From contig CAZTCI010000001.1 in assembly GCA_964612665.1 (NCBI GenBank), forward strand, positions 712,624-776,623: DNA of 64,000 nucleotides, written 5' to 3'. This document shows positions 1 through 9,921 of the stretch, in pieces (the stretch's first letter is position 1; each line of letters starts with the position of its first letter). Source of the stretch: an uncultured Planctomycetales bacterium (lineage in GTDB: Bacteria > Omnitrophota > Gorgyraeia > Zapsychrales > JAHFFX01). The notes below the pieces were generated by a model. The model saw only the letters and a program-made list of their open reading frames with translations, had not been told where the DNA came from and did no database searches. Position numbers and translations under genes: made by a program.

Positions 1-3000
1 TTTCCGCTTATAATATTCGCGTAGGCATTTGACTCTCCGGAGGCGGTTTTAATATTCGCAAGATCAGAAATTGTACCGCTTTTAATAACATTGTCCTTGG
101 CATCACGTATAGTAAGGTATTTCAGAGAGTCGTCTTTTCCATTAATCTCAAATGTATTAACAATCTTTTCACCCGAGGGCGCGAGATCGGTTCTGTTGAC
201 ATATAGTGGGAAGCTTGTTGATGCCTGATGATAGGTCTGATCGCCAAGATTAATGACAAGCGTTTGTCCATCGGATGATTTAACAACAGCCACTTGACCT
301 TTATCAGCTTCTGCGGTCATTGTTACTTGTGGATTTTGTAAACCTAAATTCTTTGCAAACGATTCAATGGTCTGTGGCGCGCCGTTCTCTTTATTTAAAA
401 GAACAATGGAGCCTTCTTTTAATTCCGCATCCTGTTTAAGTTCTCCGTTGATAACTGTACCGGGAATATACATGATCGCCGCGACTTTTTGTTGCGGCCC
501 CATATCAGCAGCCAATTCAGAGGGGTGGATAGGCTGGCCATTTTCGCCGATTAAAACTTTTTCAGCTTTGTCAATGTGTGTTTGATCAGGGTAGAAATGA
601 AGGACTTTAGGATTATCAACATCCGCCAATAAAACACCATTTTCACTGACGGGGCGATCTGGCAACATGGCAGATGCATGATTTCTATCGAGAAGCGGAG
701 CCAACTGTCCATTTTCATCTTTACCAATGGTGGCATGAACAATCATATCTTCAGGACTAATAACAGTGTCGCCCATCATGATGGTTGTTCCAGGCTTGAG
801 CTGCAGTCCCTTTAAATAAAATGAATCTCCATTTTGAGCAAAAACATCAATGGAACGATTGCTGCCATCTCTTTGATAACTTTTAACAACAACTCCTTCA
901 AGTTGGCGTCCATCGTCGGCGATGGCCATACTGGATCCTACAACTTTTCCATCATTACCAACATCATAAATCTTAGTGATCTGAACCGTCTGGACAGCTT
1001 CAGGTTGAGGTGATGGGTTCATACCGGTTAAGTCTTCTGACGTACTCGCCGTCTCGATGTTGACTGGTTTAGGCGCACCAATAAATTCTAAAGTTCTTAA
1101 AATCGGAACTCTTCCACCAGCTTGTTCAAAATGGGCACCAGGGCTTACCGCGGTCGAGTTTAAAATATTATTAGCATCCGTCACTGCAAAAGCAATGCGC
1201 TGCGCTCCGCCATTTACCGAAATTAAGGAATTGTTCGCTGAATCTACATTTTCAACAAACGTAAAATTATTTGGCTTTCCTGGAATGGGAACTTTCCCGC
1301 CAGCTTCGTTTTTATTTTCCTCTTTATTACTCGACATAAAATCTGGATTATAGACTGATCCTTTCGTACCATAGTATGCGTATTGCGGTAATAAATCTGC
1401 TTTAGTCCTGGCTGCGCTACTATACACATTATCAATTCCCGCAATCTGTAGAATGGCTGGGTGATTGCTAGCATCAAAGGTCTTTAAAATCCCTTTGGCT
1501 GTCGATTGTGCAGCGTCGGGAATAAGCGTGCTGGTTCCGTCTGTATTTCGAACAGAAAATTCTTTTCCTCCTTCTGTAACCGAAATGTTTCCCTTCACCT
1601 CTTTGCCTTGCCAATTAACTGAGGCTGTGCCTTCCCTCTTCCCCGTAAAATACGACCCCCAATTCCCATACAATCCCAATCCCCCGCCGGCGGTGACGAA
1701 AACAATGCCACCATTTTGATCAACAAAGACGTTACGATCTTTTGCAACAAGGGATAAAGTCGTTTTTCCGTCCGCGCTAAGAATGGCGTTAGAAGTACTA
1801 ATAGGCAGAGTTTTACCTTCATTAAGGTCGCCGGACTTAACAAATAAAACCGTTCCTGGGGTGCTCAGCGGCAATGGGAGTGTGCCTTGCAATGAGGGGT
1901 GGAACAAAATATTAAGATTAGGCGAAAGTGGCGCCCCGAATTGATTGATTAATTTTGTTGCAGCCGCACCATCCGACGGATTTGCCATCAATAAATCGAT
2001 GTTTCCTTTTCCTTTAAGTAAGATCGCATGTGTACCGCCTTCTACTGGGACCGCCCCACCACCGGACGATTCGCTGCCTTCTTGTGTCTCATCGATTTTA
2101 TGCTGACCTTTCAGAGTAATACCACTCGGCATATACAAGGACCCTTGGCCCAATAAGGTCAATTCTCCTTCTTTGCCAATTTTGACGCCAGTAAATTTTC
2201 CTTGTTCTTTTTGATTAAACCCTCGGGCAAACCCAAACCACCCGTTTATATCTAATCCTGAAAATTCTTCGGGTCCGACGGCTAATGGATTGTTTAAACT
2301 AATCACACCATTGTTTAAGACAACGCGTTTTGCATCAGAACTGGCAGCGCCGGCACCTGCTAAAATTTTATTCCCATCCCAAATGCCCGGCCCGGTGATC
2401 TTATACCCAATGATTCTTGAAATATCGGTTGCGAATTTACCATTTTTATTAAGATGTGCTCCATACCGATACGTTCCAATTTGTGAAAATGATGTCCATG
2501 GGATTGGATTTTCTTTAGATAGAACGGTCCCTGCCTTAAACGTAAAAACATTTGTTCCTCCAAAGGTCTCTCCTGGACTTAATACCGACAAGGAATGCCG
2601 TAAAAGTTGCACATCATGACCTGCGAATCCTTCACCAATGGTGATCTTTGCTCCATCTTCAATATTTCCGAAAAGATTAAGCAATGCACCGGCGAGAAAG
2701 GCGTATCTAAAATCTCCCTGAGCGATAAATCCAACATCCCAAATATTCCCTTTCTGGGATTTAATCGGTTGTAATTCAACATTTGACCCTGTGGCATCAA
2801 TTCCAACTTCCTGTGTCTGTGATTGTTTTTCTCCCTCACCGTAGAGGCCGCCTTCTTTTTTGTTGACGGTCTCTTGTTTTAAATTTTCTTCCAGGGTTAA
2901 GTGCCTGGTTGTGACATCGGCATCCGAAGAATAACCAGCAGCTTCACCTCGACGGGTCACACCTTCAAGACTGCTGGTACTGTTATTCGCCAGACTCAAT

Positions 3001-6000
3001 TCAGTTGGTTTTTCACCTTCAGCTAATTTTTCTAAATAAGGCTGCGCTGTAATCCGATCAATGTTACGATCAACGATTTCAGAACCATGGCCAAATAAAA
3101 TAGGAATACCTTTTTCACCGCTTGTTCCGCCAAAAATTTCGGCTTTGACTTTTTGTACAGGGACTGAATCTCCTTGTTCAAGTCCTATATGTGTCAACAC
3201 TGAGTTAGCTAACTCTTCGGGCGTTGATGATTCGATTGTCCCTTGAGCATTGTGAAAAATATCGTCGCCTTTTTCTGAAGCAACAAATTCACCTTTGCCG
3301 TTGTAATGTCCTGCAACATATGTATGGCCTGTCCAGCGTAAAACCGTTTTGTCCTGCGAATAATTCATAGCCATGGCCACTTTGGTCAAGGCAGCTTTAG
3401 TCTTATCTTCGATGACTTGGCCGTCCTTTTTAACTAACGTTTCCTTATTACCGCTGGTGTATATAACATTCACATTAGAAAAATAAATTCCGGGATCTAT
3501 ATCGGTTTTAAGAATATCTTTTCCTTCTTCCGATTTATCTTTTCTTAAGGTTATATATTTAATTCCCTTTTCACTTTTCAATTCCTCTTTTCGACCATAG
3601 AGTGGTTCTTTTAATGGGTTATAACCCCAATGTTGGTCGTCGATATATAGCTTACTACCATTCCCAAAAATAACTTCGCCGCCGGGAAGCTCCATAAAAT
3701 CCTCAGGCTTAGCCAAATTGATACTAAACAATTCAGGGGCGAGACTTCCAATCCCGGGAGCAAAATATCCAAACATTACCTCCATGGCCACATCTGGAAT
3801 TTTTCCTCCTTGTGAACCACCCATTGAACGAGCAAAGAAAAGAGAATTAGCTTCAGGGTTCTTATCTTCAGAGTCATAAACTAAAACAGGATTAAATGTA
3901 TAGCCCTCCAACTTGCCTCTATCATCGACCTTCAGTTCTAAAGTCGAACTCTTTTTTCCTCCAGAAGTTTCAGCTTCACCCGCTTTGGCATAACCTCCTA
4001 GCACTTTTTGATCATTAATAAATAAAGCTGAAAACATCTTGCCGGTAATATTGCTCTGTTTATTAATTTGTTCTGGACCCACTGTAGTCCCCAACCATTG
4101 GGTCGCAAGCCCTTCACCTGGAAAATTATTAGTTAGATTGAGAGTATTAAAAACATTTTCAGCTTCATCAGAATTTTTATCCGACTGTTCGAGCGCAACT
4201 TTCGTCGCATTTTTCGACTGAAGCGGTAGCCATGTTTCTTTGTTCCAGACTACATTGGTATTTCCATTTGGTTGGGGCATATAATAGAAAAATGTGCTGT
4301 CGAGAATGTTTTCTTTTTTACCATCTTCCTTTGTGACAGCAAGACCGCGATTCGATGTATTTTCCTGAAAATAAATTTTTCCATTAGAGTCGCCTTCTTG
4401 AGCTAGAAAAGATACGGTGGTATTAATGCCATCCCCTTGCGCAAAAAGTTTCGCCACGCCACTCGAAGTCAACGCCAGTCCAGCGGCTGCTGGAGACATC
4501 GCGGCATTGACAACTTTGGCTTCTTGAGGATTTTCTTCGCCGGGATTAATTTGACCAAAAATATTACGCAATGCCTTAACCTGCGCCAACGCTCCGGCCT
4601 GAGCAAAATAATTACCCGTCGCTATTAAACCGATTGTCTGCCCGCCGGGAAGAGAATAGCGGTCCACTGAAAAATCAAACTGCGGGCCTAAGTTATCGTT
4701 ATTAAATCCTATGGTTCTGTTGAAATGAATGTCGTGTGCCAGTTCCTCTGTTTTGTAAACCAATTTTTCAAAAGGTACCATTTCTGTTCCCGAAAGCATC
4801 CAATCATCCTTCACTTGAACATTAGCTGCTTCCTTCTCAGCGTCGGCGCGTGCAAGGCCCGCTTTATCCATTAAAAATTTAACTTTCGTTTCTTCTAAAG
4901 GCTCATTCGTACTTTGATTTAGAACCATTGTTACATATTGCGGGGTCGTCTGTCTCGCCTCGCCGATCATGCGCGTTAAATTTTGCACGCCTCCATTTTG
5001 CTGGCCGTTAATGTCAAAAACTTGTTGGGACAATAAAGATCGAGTGGACGAACCTTTGTAAGCAACAGTTAAAGCGTTCGTTGTTTGAGATTGACCTAGA
5101 AGCGCACCTAAAAATGGGCTGCCTAAAACGGGCAGGGCTTGAGTGTTCGCGGCTTTAAACCAAAAATTAAATTCTCCGCCGTTATTAATAATTGAACGGA
5201 TCAAATCGGGGCTGACTGTTCCTGTCAAAACAGGTGAGCTTCCCATAATCGACTGGACGGTTGGTATGATTCCTCCGTTATCTTTAAAAGGTTGTCCATC
5301 CGGACTAACAAGCACCGTTGGCAAGTTAACAAGGGCAGGACCAGAGGCAGAAATGCTCTGCAACTTATTAATCAATTTATCTAATTCTTTAGAAGATATT
5401 TTCTCGAGATCTTCAGGAGTGGCGTTATATTTTTGTTGCAATCGATTTAAGACAGCCTGTTTATCTGATCCTGATCCTGGTCGCAATTGAATTAACAGAC
5501 CCGCCAATTCTTTTGCCTGTGCCGGGCTCAAATAAACTTGCACACCGACCTTAGCTAAATCCATCCCCAACTTGGCAAAATCACCAGCATTGCCTGCTTT
5601 CCCATTAAATAAACTTAAATTCCAAACCTCGTTCCCATTTTTATCCTCGGCGACGTTCCCTAAAACATTTTTAGTCCCCAGCAAATATCTCAAACCAACT
5701 AAATTAACCGCCGTCATTTTACTTCCATCAGGACCGACGTTGGTCGCCCATGCCACGCGCCACTTTTTTCCGTCGTAACTAGGAATCCAACCGAGCCGGC
5801 GCGCGGTCATTCCCCATCGAGTTACGTCTATGAGCGGGGTCAAACCATATTCCAAAGCGGTCCTAACATTGGTGACATTGCCTGCGGGCAAACTGACATC
5901 TGTCAGATATTTCATCGGACCAGTACCGGGATTGATGACTGTAAAAAGTTGTTGAAGATATTCTTCTTGCAGTTTCTTTTTGGTGACAGGGGTGTCTGGT

Positions 6001-9000
6001 TGAAAGTTAGGAAGATCATAGGCGGATTTAATACGGACATACGGCATGTTGGGCCGACGATTGGATTCTTTAACGCTCTTCCAAATTTGATTTGCATTAT
6101 CGACAAACTGCAGATCAAATTGGCTCATGTGAACGAGCTGATCGACATAGCCAAGATAATTAACCAGTCCAGGAGTGTAGCCAGTCAAATTATATTCGGA
6201 TGTGTACTCGCCTTTTTCATCGGGGATAAATTTAGATCCGGTAAACCAGCCGCCGAGGGAATTCTGGGTAAAATTCATCCCGACAAAATTGCCGCCTAAA
6301 ATCTGAAATTGATTGACGGGCGCATAGAGAATCGTTTCTAAATTAGAGGCAGTGAAATCGCCTCCGTTAGTAAAGATCACATTATTATTGATGGGCGCTC
6401 GAAAATAATTAGAGTTACTTTCATCGACTGTCTTCCATTCAATCTTACTCACATCGACTGCCTCAGTATTGCCGGGCATATTAGCTTCGTCTCCCGTTGC
6501 CGTTGATGCGCCAACCGCGGCACCGCCTACAAACAAACCTGAAACCAGAAAAGCCAGTGCGCGGAATTCAGTCGGAGAAAGTTTAGAATGATACGGACTC
6601 ATGTGCGTGTCTTTCTTGTCAACGAGTTGCTTTTCAAGAAGACTCATAAAACCATAAATGGTTGCATTAACTGCGCCGGCCTTGAGCGCTTCCCAAACTT
6701 TATCACCCAGTTGAGCCGAGGGAATACCTCCGCTCCACACACCGTAAGCAAAGGCGCCGGTGGTGGAGCCGGCTTGCTGTAAAATCTGCGCCGCAGCACT
6801 GTCTGCTTTCAAACCGAAAGCACCGACGGCCGCGGCGGTAACAATAGCTCCGATACTCTGACTGGCTAAAAGTGGCAACTGAGTTTGAATAACAAGATAT
6901 AAAGCATCTGAAACAGATTCCGGAGCAAAATTTGGATTGCTATTATAGTTTTCCACAACAGATTGATGATAAGCGGCTGCTTTGATCGCTTGTTGTTCTT
7001 GCGGACTAAGAACTTTTCCATTGCTTTGGGCTTGAAGAGCATCTTGAGCATCTTGGTTGGCTTTATTGGCGAGCTCATGATTCTCCATGCCAAACTCCGC
7101 CCCGAATTTAGTGCCAGCATAATTATCTAAAAATGCAACTCCCCAAGTAAGGGCAACGTTGCTTGCAAAACTACTTAAGCCAGGAACCAAAAACTGTTTG
7201 AGAGATTTTGCGACTTCGCTGTTTTTATCGCCAAATATTTCATCGACGAGATTAAACACTCCAAACTCGACCAAACCTTTAACCTCACCAAGAACAAAAC
7301 CTTTAGCAAATTCTTTTCCAAAACCTGTTAAGACTTGACCAAGGGTCAAAGCAGGAAAAGATTTAGGCACGGCATAAGTTAAAACGCCATAACCATTCGG
7401 GATATTAGGGGGGGCTGTTTTCCGAACAAATGCTCCTCCTTCGGCAGTTAGCTTTTTTGCAGTAGCTTCACTCGTTTCAGATGCTACTTGGAACTGTTGA
7501 TCTTGCGTTGCGTCTTTAGCTAAATCCTTACTTAATGCTTGTTCCGATTGGTTACTTTGCTCTCCAGGATTCAAAGGCCCACCGCCAGGTTTGATCGTGT
7601 TCGCTGCTGCCGTCGTAGGAACATCCACCGGAGTCCAGGAACCGCCCCACAATTTAACTAATTTATCCATGGCCCAATTCAAAACTCTTACTAAAGGCGC
7701 ATAAACATACGCCGTCAATAAATTTTTAACCATCGTCCAGGCTGTTGCCAAACTCTTTCCAATTGACTGCAACATGCCGCTAAGAGTGACATTACCAACG
7801 CCAATGTTTCCTAGCGAAGTGATGCTGGTTTTGAGCATATCAGTTAACCAGTCCCCGAGTATACGGCGTGACAGGCTTTCCAAACCTGCTAAAAATCCTT
7901 GACTCGAGGCGGCTGCAGAGCTCAAGTTAACAGAATCAAGACTAGCGGCCCAATTCATTCCTGCCGACAACGCCGCACTCAACCCAACATTCAACAAAAA
8001 CCCAGTCGTCCCGTTACAAGCGCCTTTCATCTGGCAAATCGTGGTCAAAGTTTCCGCAAGCGCGGAGGCGCTCATCGCAATCACCCATGCCGCTTGAAAA
8101 GTTAAATTTGACCCAAAACCCATCATGCCAGCCACGTTTCCACCCACAGCCAGCATCGCCGTCTGCATCGCCACATTAATCGCAATGTCGCCCAAACTCA
8201 TTAAGCCCGGCAAATCTTTATAATGGCTGTGCCAAATAGATCCCCAAACAAAAGTCTGCATGGTCTCATCAACCGGCTCGTAAGCAATATTTTGTTTGTC
8301 CAAATCTTCCGCCAAAACAAAACCGGTTGATTGCTTAACAAAATCATCACGGCTCAGCATCATCGCATCGCCGGTGTCTGAAAAATAGACGTTCTTGTCA
8401 TCAATCTTGGTGATCATGACAAAATGCTCATTGCTGAAGTTAGCAATAAACGGAGGCTTAAGCGTTAGGATGTCTTGAGGATTTAGTTTCGCGGCCTGAG
8501 CTTTTAGGCCGTAGGCTTGCGCAACTTTGTTGATTGCAAAAAGAGAGGTTTTAAGTTTGGGTTGACCGGCTTCGATAACGTTGTTCGCAAAGTCAGCACT
8601 GAGTGTTAAAACAGAAATCTGTTCCAACGGTAAATTAATTTGATGCACATAAAGCCAATCGCGTAACGCATAGACACCGCAGTTTAATGGGTGAATATTA
8701 GGATCACGCAACCAATTGTCAATCCGTTGTATAGAATCGGAATTAAAAGATTTGGCTAACGTCAGATTGAGAGTGTACTTACTATTTTCGGATGCGCCTG
8801 TAATTGAATCAGGAATTCTTAACGCGACTTGCGTATTTTCTTGCTTGGGAAGCTGTTTTAAAAGATGTGTGAGCTCAATGGCAACTTTGGCTGTTGCAAC
8901 TGCTTGAGCTGAAAGCCCGCCATCTTCCGGGTCAACCGTGGTTTGAATATTGCGGGCGCTATTTGGATATAAAACATCAGGCCGATAGCTAAAAGACATT

Positions 9001-9236
9001 GCGGCTTCTTGCGGAATAAACGTAATCAAAACAATGGCGGCAACAACGCGAACCCAGAGTTTGATTCGGCTTATAAACGGTTTTCGGGAAAACGCAGAAT
9101 TGGCAGGATCTAATTGGGTGTCGGAAGAAAAAAAAGGACTATCTTGATTAATAATATTATTATTTATATTAGTAATCAAAGTTTCACTGTTTTCCTGAAC
9201 TTCAGAAGGTTTTTGAATGTCCATTCTGTTATTCAT
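1..9236 (-). CDS. giant (>3078 aa, 3' end beyond window) membrane-anchored surface protein: N-terminal TM helix + papain-like C39-like peptidase domain, Ala/Gly-rich hydrophobic region, then long G/N/S/T-rich beta-type region
   Basis: ATG at 9236 (seen as cat on the plus strand). Translating the minus strand gives MNNRMDIQKPSEV...RIKLWVRVVAAIVLITFIPQ (TM helix). It continues ...DNWLRDPNIHPLNCGVYALRDWL...NFSNEHFVMITKIDDKNVYFSDTGD. The Cys-Gly, His and Asp (16 residues after the His) have the same spacing as in the bacteriocin-processing C39 domains. No minus-strand stop in this frame through 9.2 kb: all minus-strand ORFs listed in the track for 1-9236 are in a different frame, and the track has no long ORF here because the reading frame never closes inside the window. 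Confidence 0.6.
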   Translation of the reverse strand, partial: MNNRMDIQKPSEVQENSETLITNINNNIINQDSPFFSSDTQLDPANSAFSRKPFISRIKLWVRVVAAIVLITFIPQEAAMSFSYRPDVLYPNSARNIQTTVDPEDGGLSAQAVATAKVAIELTHLLKQLPKQENTQVALRIPDSITGASENSKYTLNLTLAKSFNSDSIQRIDNWLRDPNIHPLNCGVYALRDWLYVHQINLPLEQISVLTLSADFANNVIEAGQPKLKTSLFAINKVAQAYGLKAQAAKLNPQDILTLKPPFIANFSNEHFVMITKIDDKNVYFSDTGDAMMLSRDDFVKQSTGFVLAEDLDKQNIAYEPVDETMQTFVWGSIWHSHYKDLPGLMSLGDIAINVAMQTAMLAVGGNVAGMMGFGSNLTFQAAWVIAMSASALAETLTTICQMKGACNGTTGFLLNVGLSAALSAGMNWAASLDSVNLSSAAASSQGFLAGLESLSRRILGDWLTDMLKTSITSLGNIGVGNVTLSGMLQSIGKSLATAWTMVKNLLTAYVYAPLVRVLNWAMDKLVKLWGGSWTPVDVPTTAAANTIKPGGGPLNPGEQSNQSEQALSKDLAKDATQDQQFQVASETSEATAKKLTAEGGAFVRKTAPPNIPNGYGVLTYAVPKSFPALTLGQVLTGFGKEFAKGFVLGEVKGLVEFGVFNLVDEIFGDKNSEVAKSLKQFLVPGLSSFASNVALTWGVAFLDNYAGTKFGAEFGMENHELANKANQDAQDALQAQSNGKVLSPQEQQAIKAAAYHQSVVENYNSNPNFAPESVSDALYLVIQTQLPLLASQSIGAIVTAAAVGAFGLKADSAAAQILQQAGSTTGAFAYGVWSGGIPSAQLGDKVWEALKAGAVNATIYGFMSLLEKQLVDKKDTHMSPYHSKLSPTEFRALAFLVSGLFVGGAAVGASTATGDEANMPGNTEAVDVSKIEWKTVDESNSNYFRAPINNNVIFTNGGDFTASNLETILYAPVNQFQILGGNFVGMNFTQNSLGGWFTGSKFIPDEKGEYTSEYNLTGYTPGLVNYLGYVDQLVHMSQFDLQFVDNANQIWKSVKESNRRPNMPYVRIKSAYDLPNFQPDTPVTKKKLQEEYLQQLFTVINPGTGPMKYLTDVSLPAGNVTNVRTALEYGLTPLIDVTRWGMTARRLGWIPSYDGKKWRVAWATNVGPDGSKMTAVNLVGLRYLLGTKNVLGNVAEDKNGNEVWNLSLFNGKAGNAGDFAKLGMDLAKVGVQVYLSPAQAKELAGLLIQLRPGSGSDKQAVLNRLQQKYNATPEDLEKISSKELDKLINKLQSISASGPALVNLPTVLVSPDGQPFKDNGGIIPTVQSIMGSSPVLTGTVSPDLIRSIINNGGEFNFWFKAANTQALPVLGSPFLGALLGQSQTTNALTVAYKGSSTRSLLSQQVFDINGQQNGGVQNLTRMIGEARQTTPQYVTMVLNQSTNEPLEETKVKFLMDKAGLARADAEKEAANVQVKDDWMLSGTEMVPFEKLVYKTEELAHDIHFNRTIGFNNDNLGPQFDFSVDRYSLPGGQTIGLIATGNYFAQAGALAQVKALRNIFGQINPGEENPQEAKVVNAAMSPAAAGLALTSSGVAKLFAQGDGINTTVSFLAQEGDSNGKIYFQENTSNRGLAVTKEDGKKENILDSTFFYYMPQPNGNTNVVWNKETWLPLQSKNATKVALEQSDKNSDEAENVFNTLNLTNNFPGEGLATQWLGTTVGPEQINKQSNITGKMFSALFINDQKVLGGYAKAGEAETSGGKKSSTLELKVDDRGKLEGYTFNPVLVYDSEDKNPEANSLFFARSMGGSQGGKIPDVAMEVMFGYFAPGIGSLAPELFSINLAKPEDFMELPGGEVIFGNGSKLYIDDQHWGYNPLKEPLYGRKEELKSEKGIKYITLRKDKSEEGKDILKTDIDPGIYFSNVNVIYTSGNKETLVKKDGQVIEDKTKAALTKVAMAMNYSQDKTVLRWTGHTYVAGHYNGKGEFVASEKGDDIFHNAQGTIESSTPEELANSVLTHIGLEQGDSVPVQKVKAEIFGGTSGEKGIPILFGHGSEIVDRNIDRITAQPYLEKLAEGEKPTELSLANNSTSSLEGVTRRGEAAGYSSDADVTTRHLTLEENLKQETVNKKEGGLYGEGEKQSQTQEVGIDATGSNVELQPIKSQKGNIWDVGFIAQGDFRYAFLAGALLNLFGNIEDGAKITIGEGFAGHDVQLLRHSLSVLSPGETFGGTNVFTFKAGTVLSKENPIPWTSFSQIGTYRYGAHLNKNGKFATDISRIIGYKITGPGIWDGNKILAGAGAASSDAKRVVLNNGVISLNNPLAVGPEEFSGLDINGWFGFARGFNQKEQGKFTGVKIGKEGELTLLGQGSLYMPSGITLKGQHKIDETQEGSESSGGGAVPVEGGTHAILLKGKGNIDLLMANPSDGAAATKLINQFGAPLSPNLNILFHPSLQGTLPLPLSTPGTVLFVKSGDLNEGKTLPISTSNAILSADGKTTLSLVAKDRNVFVDQNGGIVFVTAGGGLGLYGNWGSYFTGKREGTASVNWQGKEVKGNISVTEGGKEFSVRNTDGTSTLIPDAAQSTAKGILKTFDASNHPAILQIAGIDNVYSSAARTKADLLPQYAYYGTKGSVYNPDFMSSNKEENKNEAGGKVPIPGKPNNFTFVENVDSANNSLISVNGGAQRIAFAVTDANNILNSTAVSPGAHFEQAGGRVPILRTLEFIGAPKPVNIETASTSEDLTGMNPSPQPEAVQTVQITKIYDVGNDGKVVGSSMAIADDGRQLEGVVVKSYQRDGSNRSIDVFAQNGDSFYLKGLQLKPGTTIMMGDTVISPEDMIVHATIGKDENGQLAPLLDRNHASAMLPDRPVSENGVLLADVDNPKVLHFYPDQTHIDKAEKVLIGENGQPIHPSELAADMGPQQKVAAIMYIPGTVINGELKQDAELKEGSIVLLNKENGAPQTIESFAKNLGLQNPQVTMTAEADKGQVAVVKSSDGQTLVINLGDQTYHQASTSFPLYVNRTDLAPSGEKIVNTFEINGKDDSLKYLTIRDAKDNVIKSGTISDLANIKTASGESNAYANIISG

Positions 9237-9344
9237 GAACCCAAAATTGCACTAGCCAAATTACAAAATTACGGGCGCAAAAAAGCAGATTTTGGGGAAT
9301 TCTGGAACTGAGCCAAAGGTTAAAGAATTTTTTTTAGGTAATAA

Positions 9345-9368
9345 AAAACCCCTTGAAAAAGGGGGATA
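9345..9368 (-). terminator. rho-independent terminator (CCCCTT-gaaaa-AAGGGG then T-run on the minus strand) between tadC and the giant gene
   Basis: aaaaaaccccttgaaaaagggggataaa on the plus strand; the reverse complement gives the stem followed by TTTTTTATTACC. Confidence 0.5.
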
Positions 9369-9921
9369 AATGTTCAAAGCTAGAGGCTCTTTCCAGCCGA
9401 ATCATCAAACGATCTTCACGTCGAAGAATCCCAAAGGATTTCTTCAAAATTGCTAGGATGAATGTAATTTTTTGGTTATTTGGGCGCACGTTTGACCGTT
9501 TATTCGGTTGTACTTTAACTTTGCATTAAAGTATAACATATAGTAGGCCTCCACTTCTTATTAGTCAAGTTTTTTTACGAATTTATCTTATTTATTTCTA
9601 GCAACTTATGCTTCTAATAAATTTCTTTTAAAAATCTTTTTGATAATTTTAGGGTTCACTCAGATCGCTCACATTCTCTTGAGTATTTGGGAAAGGTCAT
9701 TGATTTTTTCAAAATGTTAATTGTCATTCTCGACGAGAATTACAAAAATATTATGAAAATGCGTTAGACGGATAATTAACTTTTGTGGGAGCAGAATGGG
9801 TAACGAATGATAAAAAAATTGACAAAAAAGCAAGCGTTTCCTAAGTGGCCGGCATTTTAGGAGGCCACTTAACTTAAGATTAGAACAGAATGGACAATTT
9901 GCCTAGAGTGGACAATATACC

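Noticed and set aside
1-9236. Prophage tape-measure protein interpretation of the giant ORF
   Set aside because: No capsid, terminase, portal or tail genes anywhere nearby; gene is embedded in a pilus-type operon.
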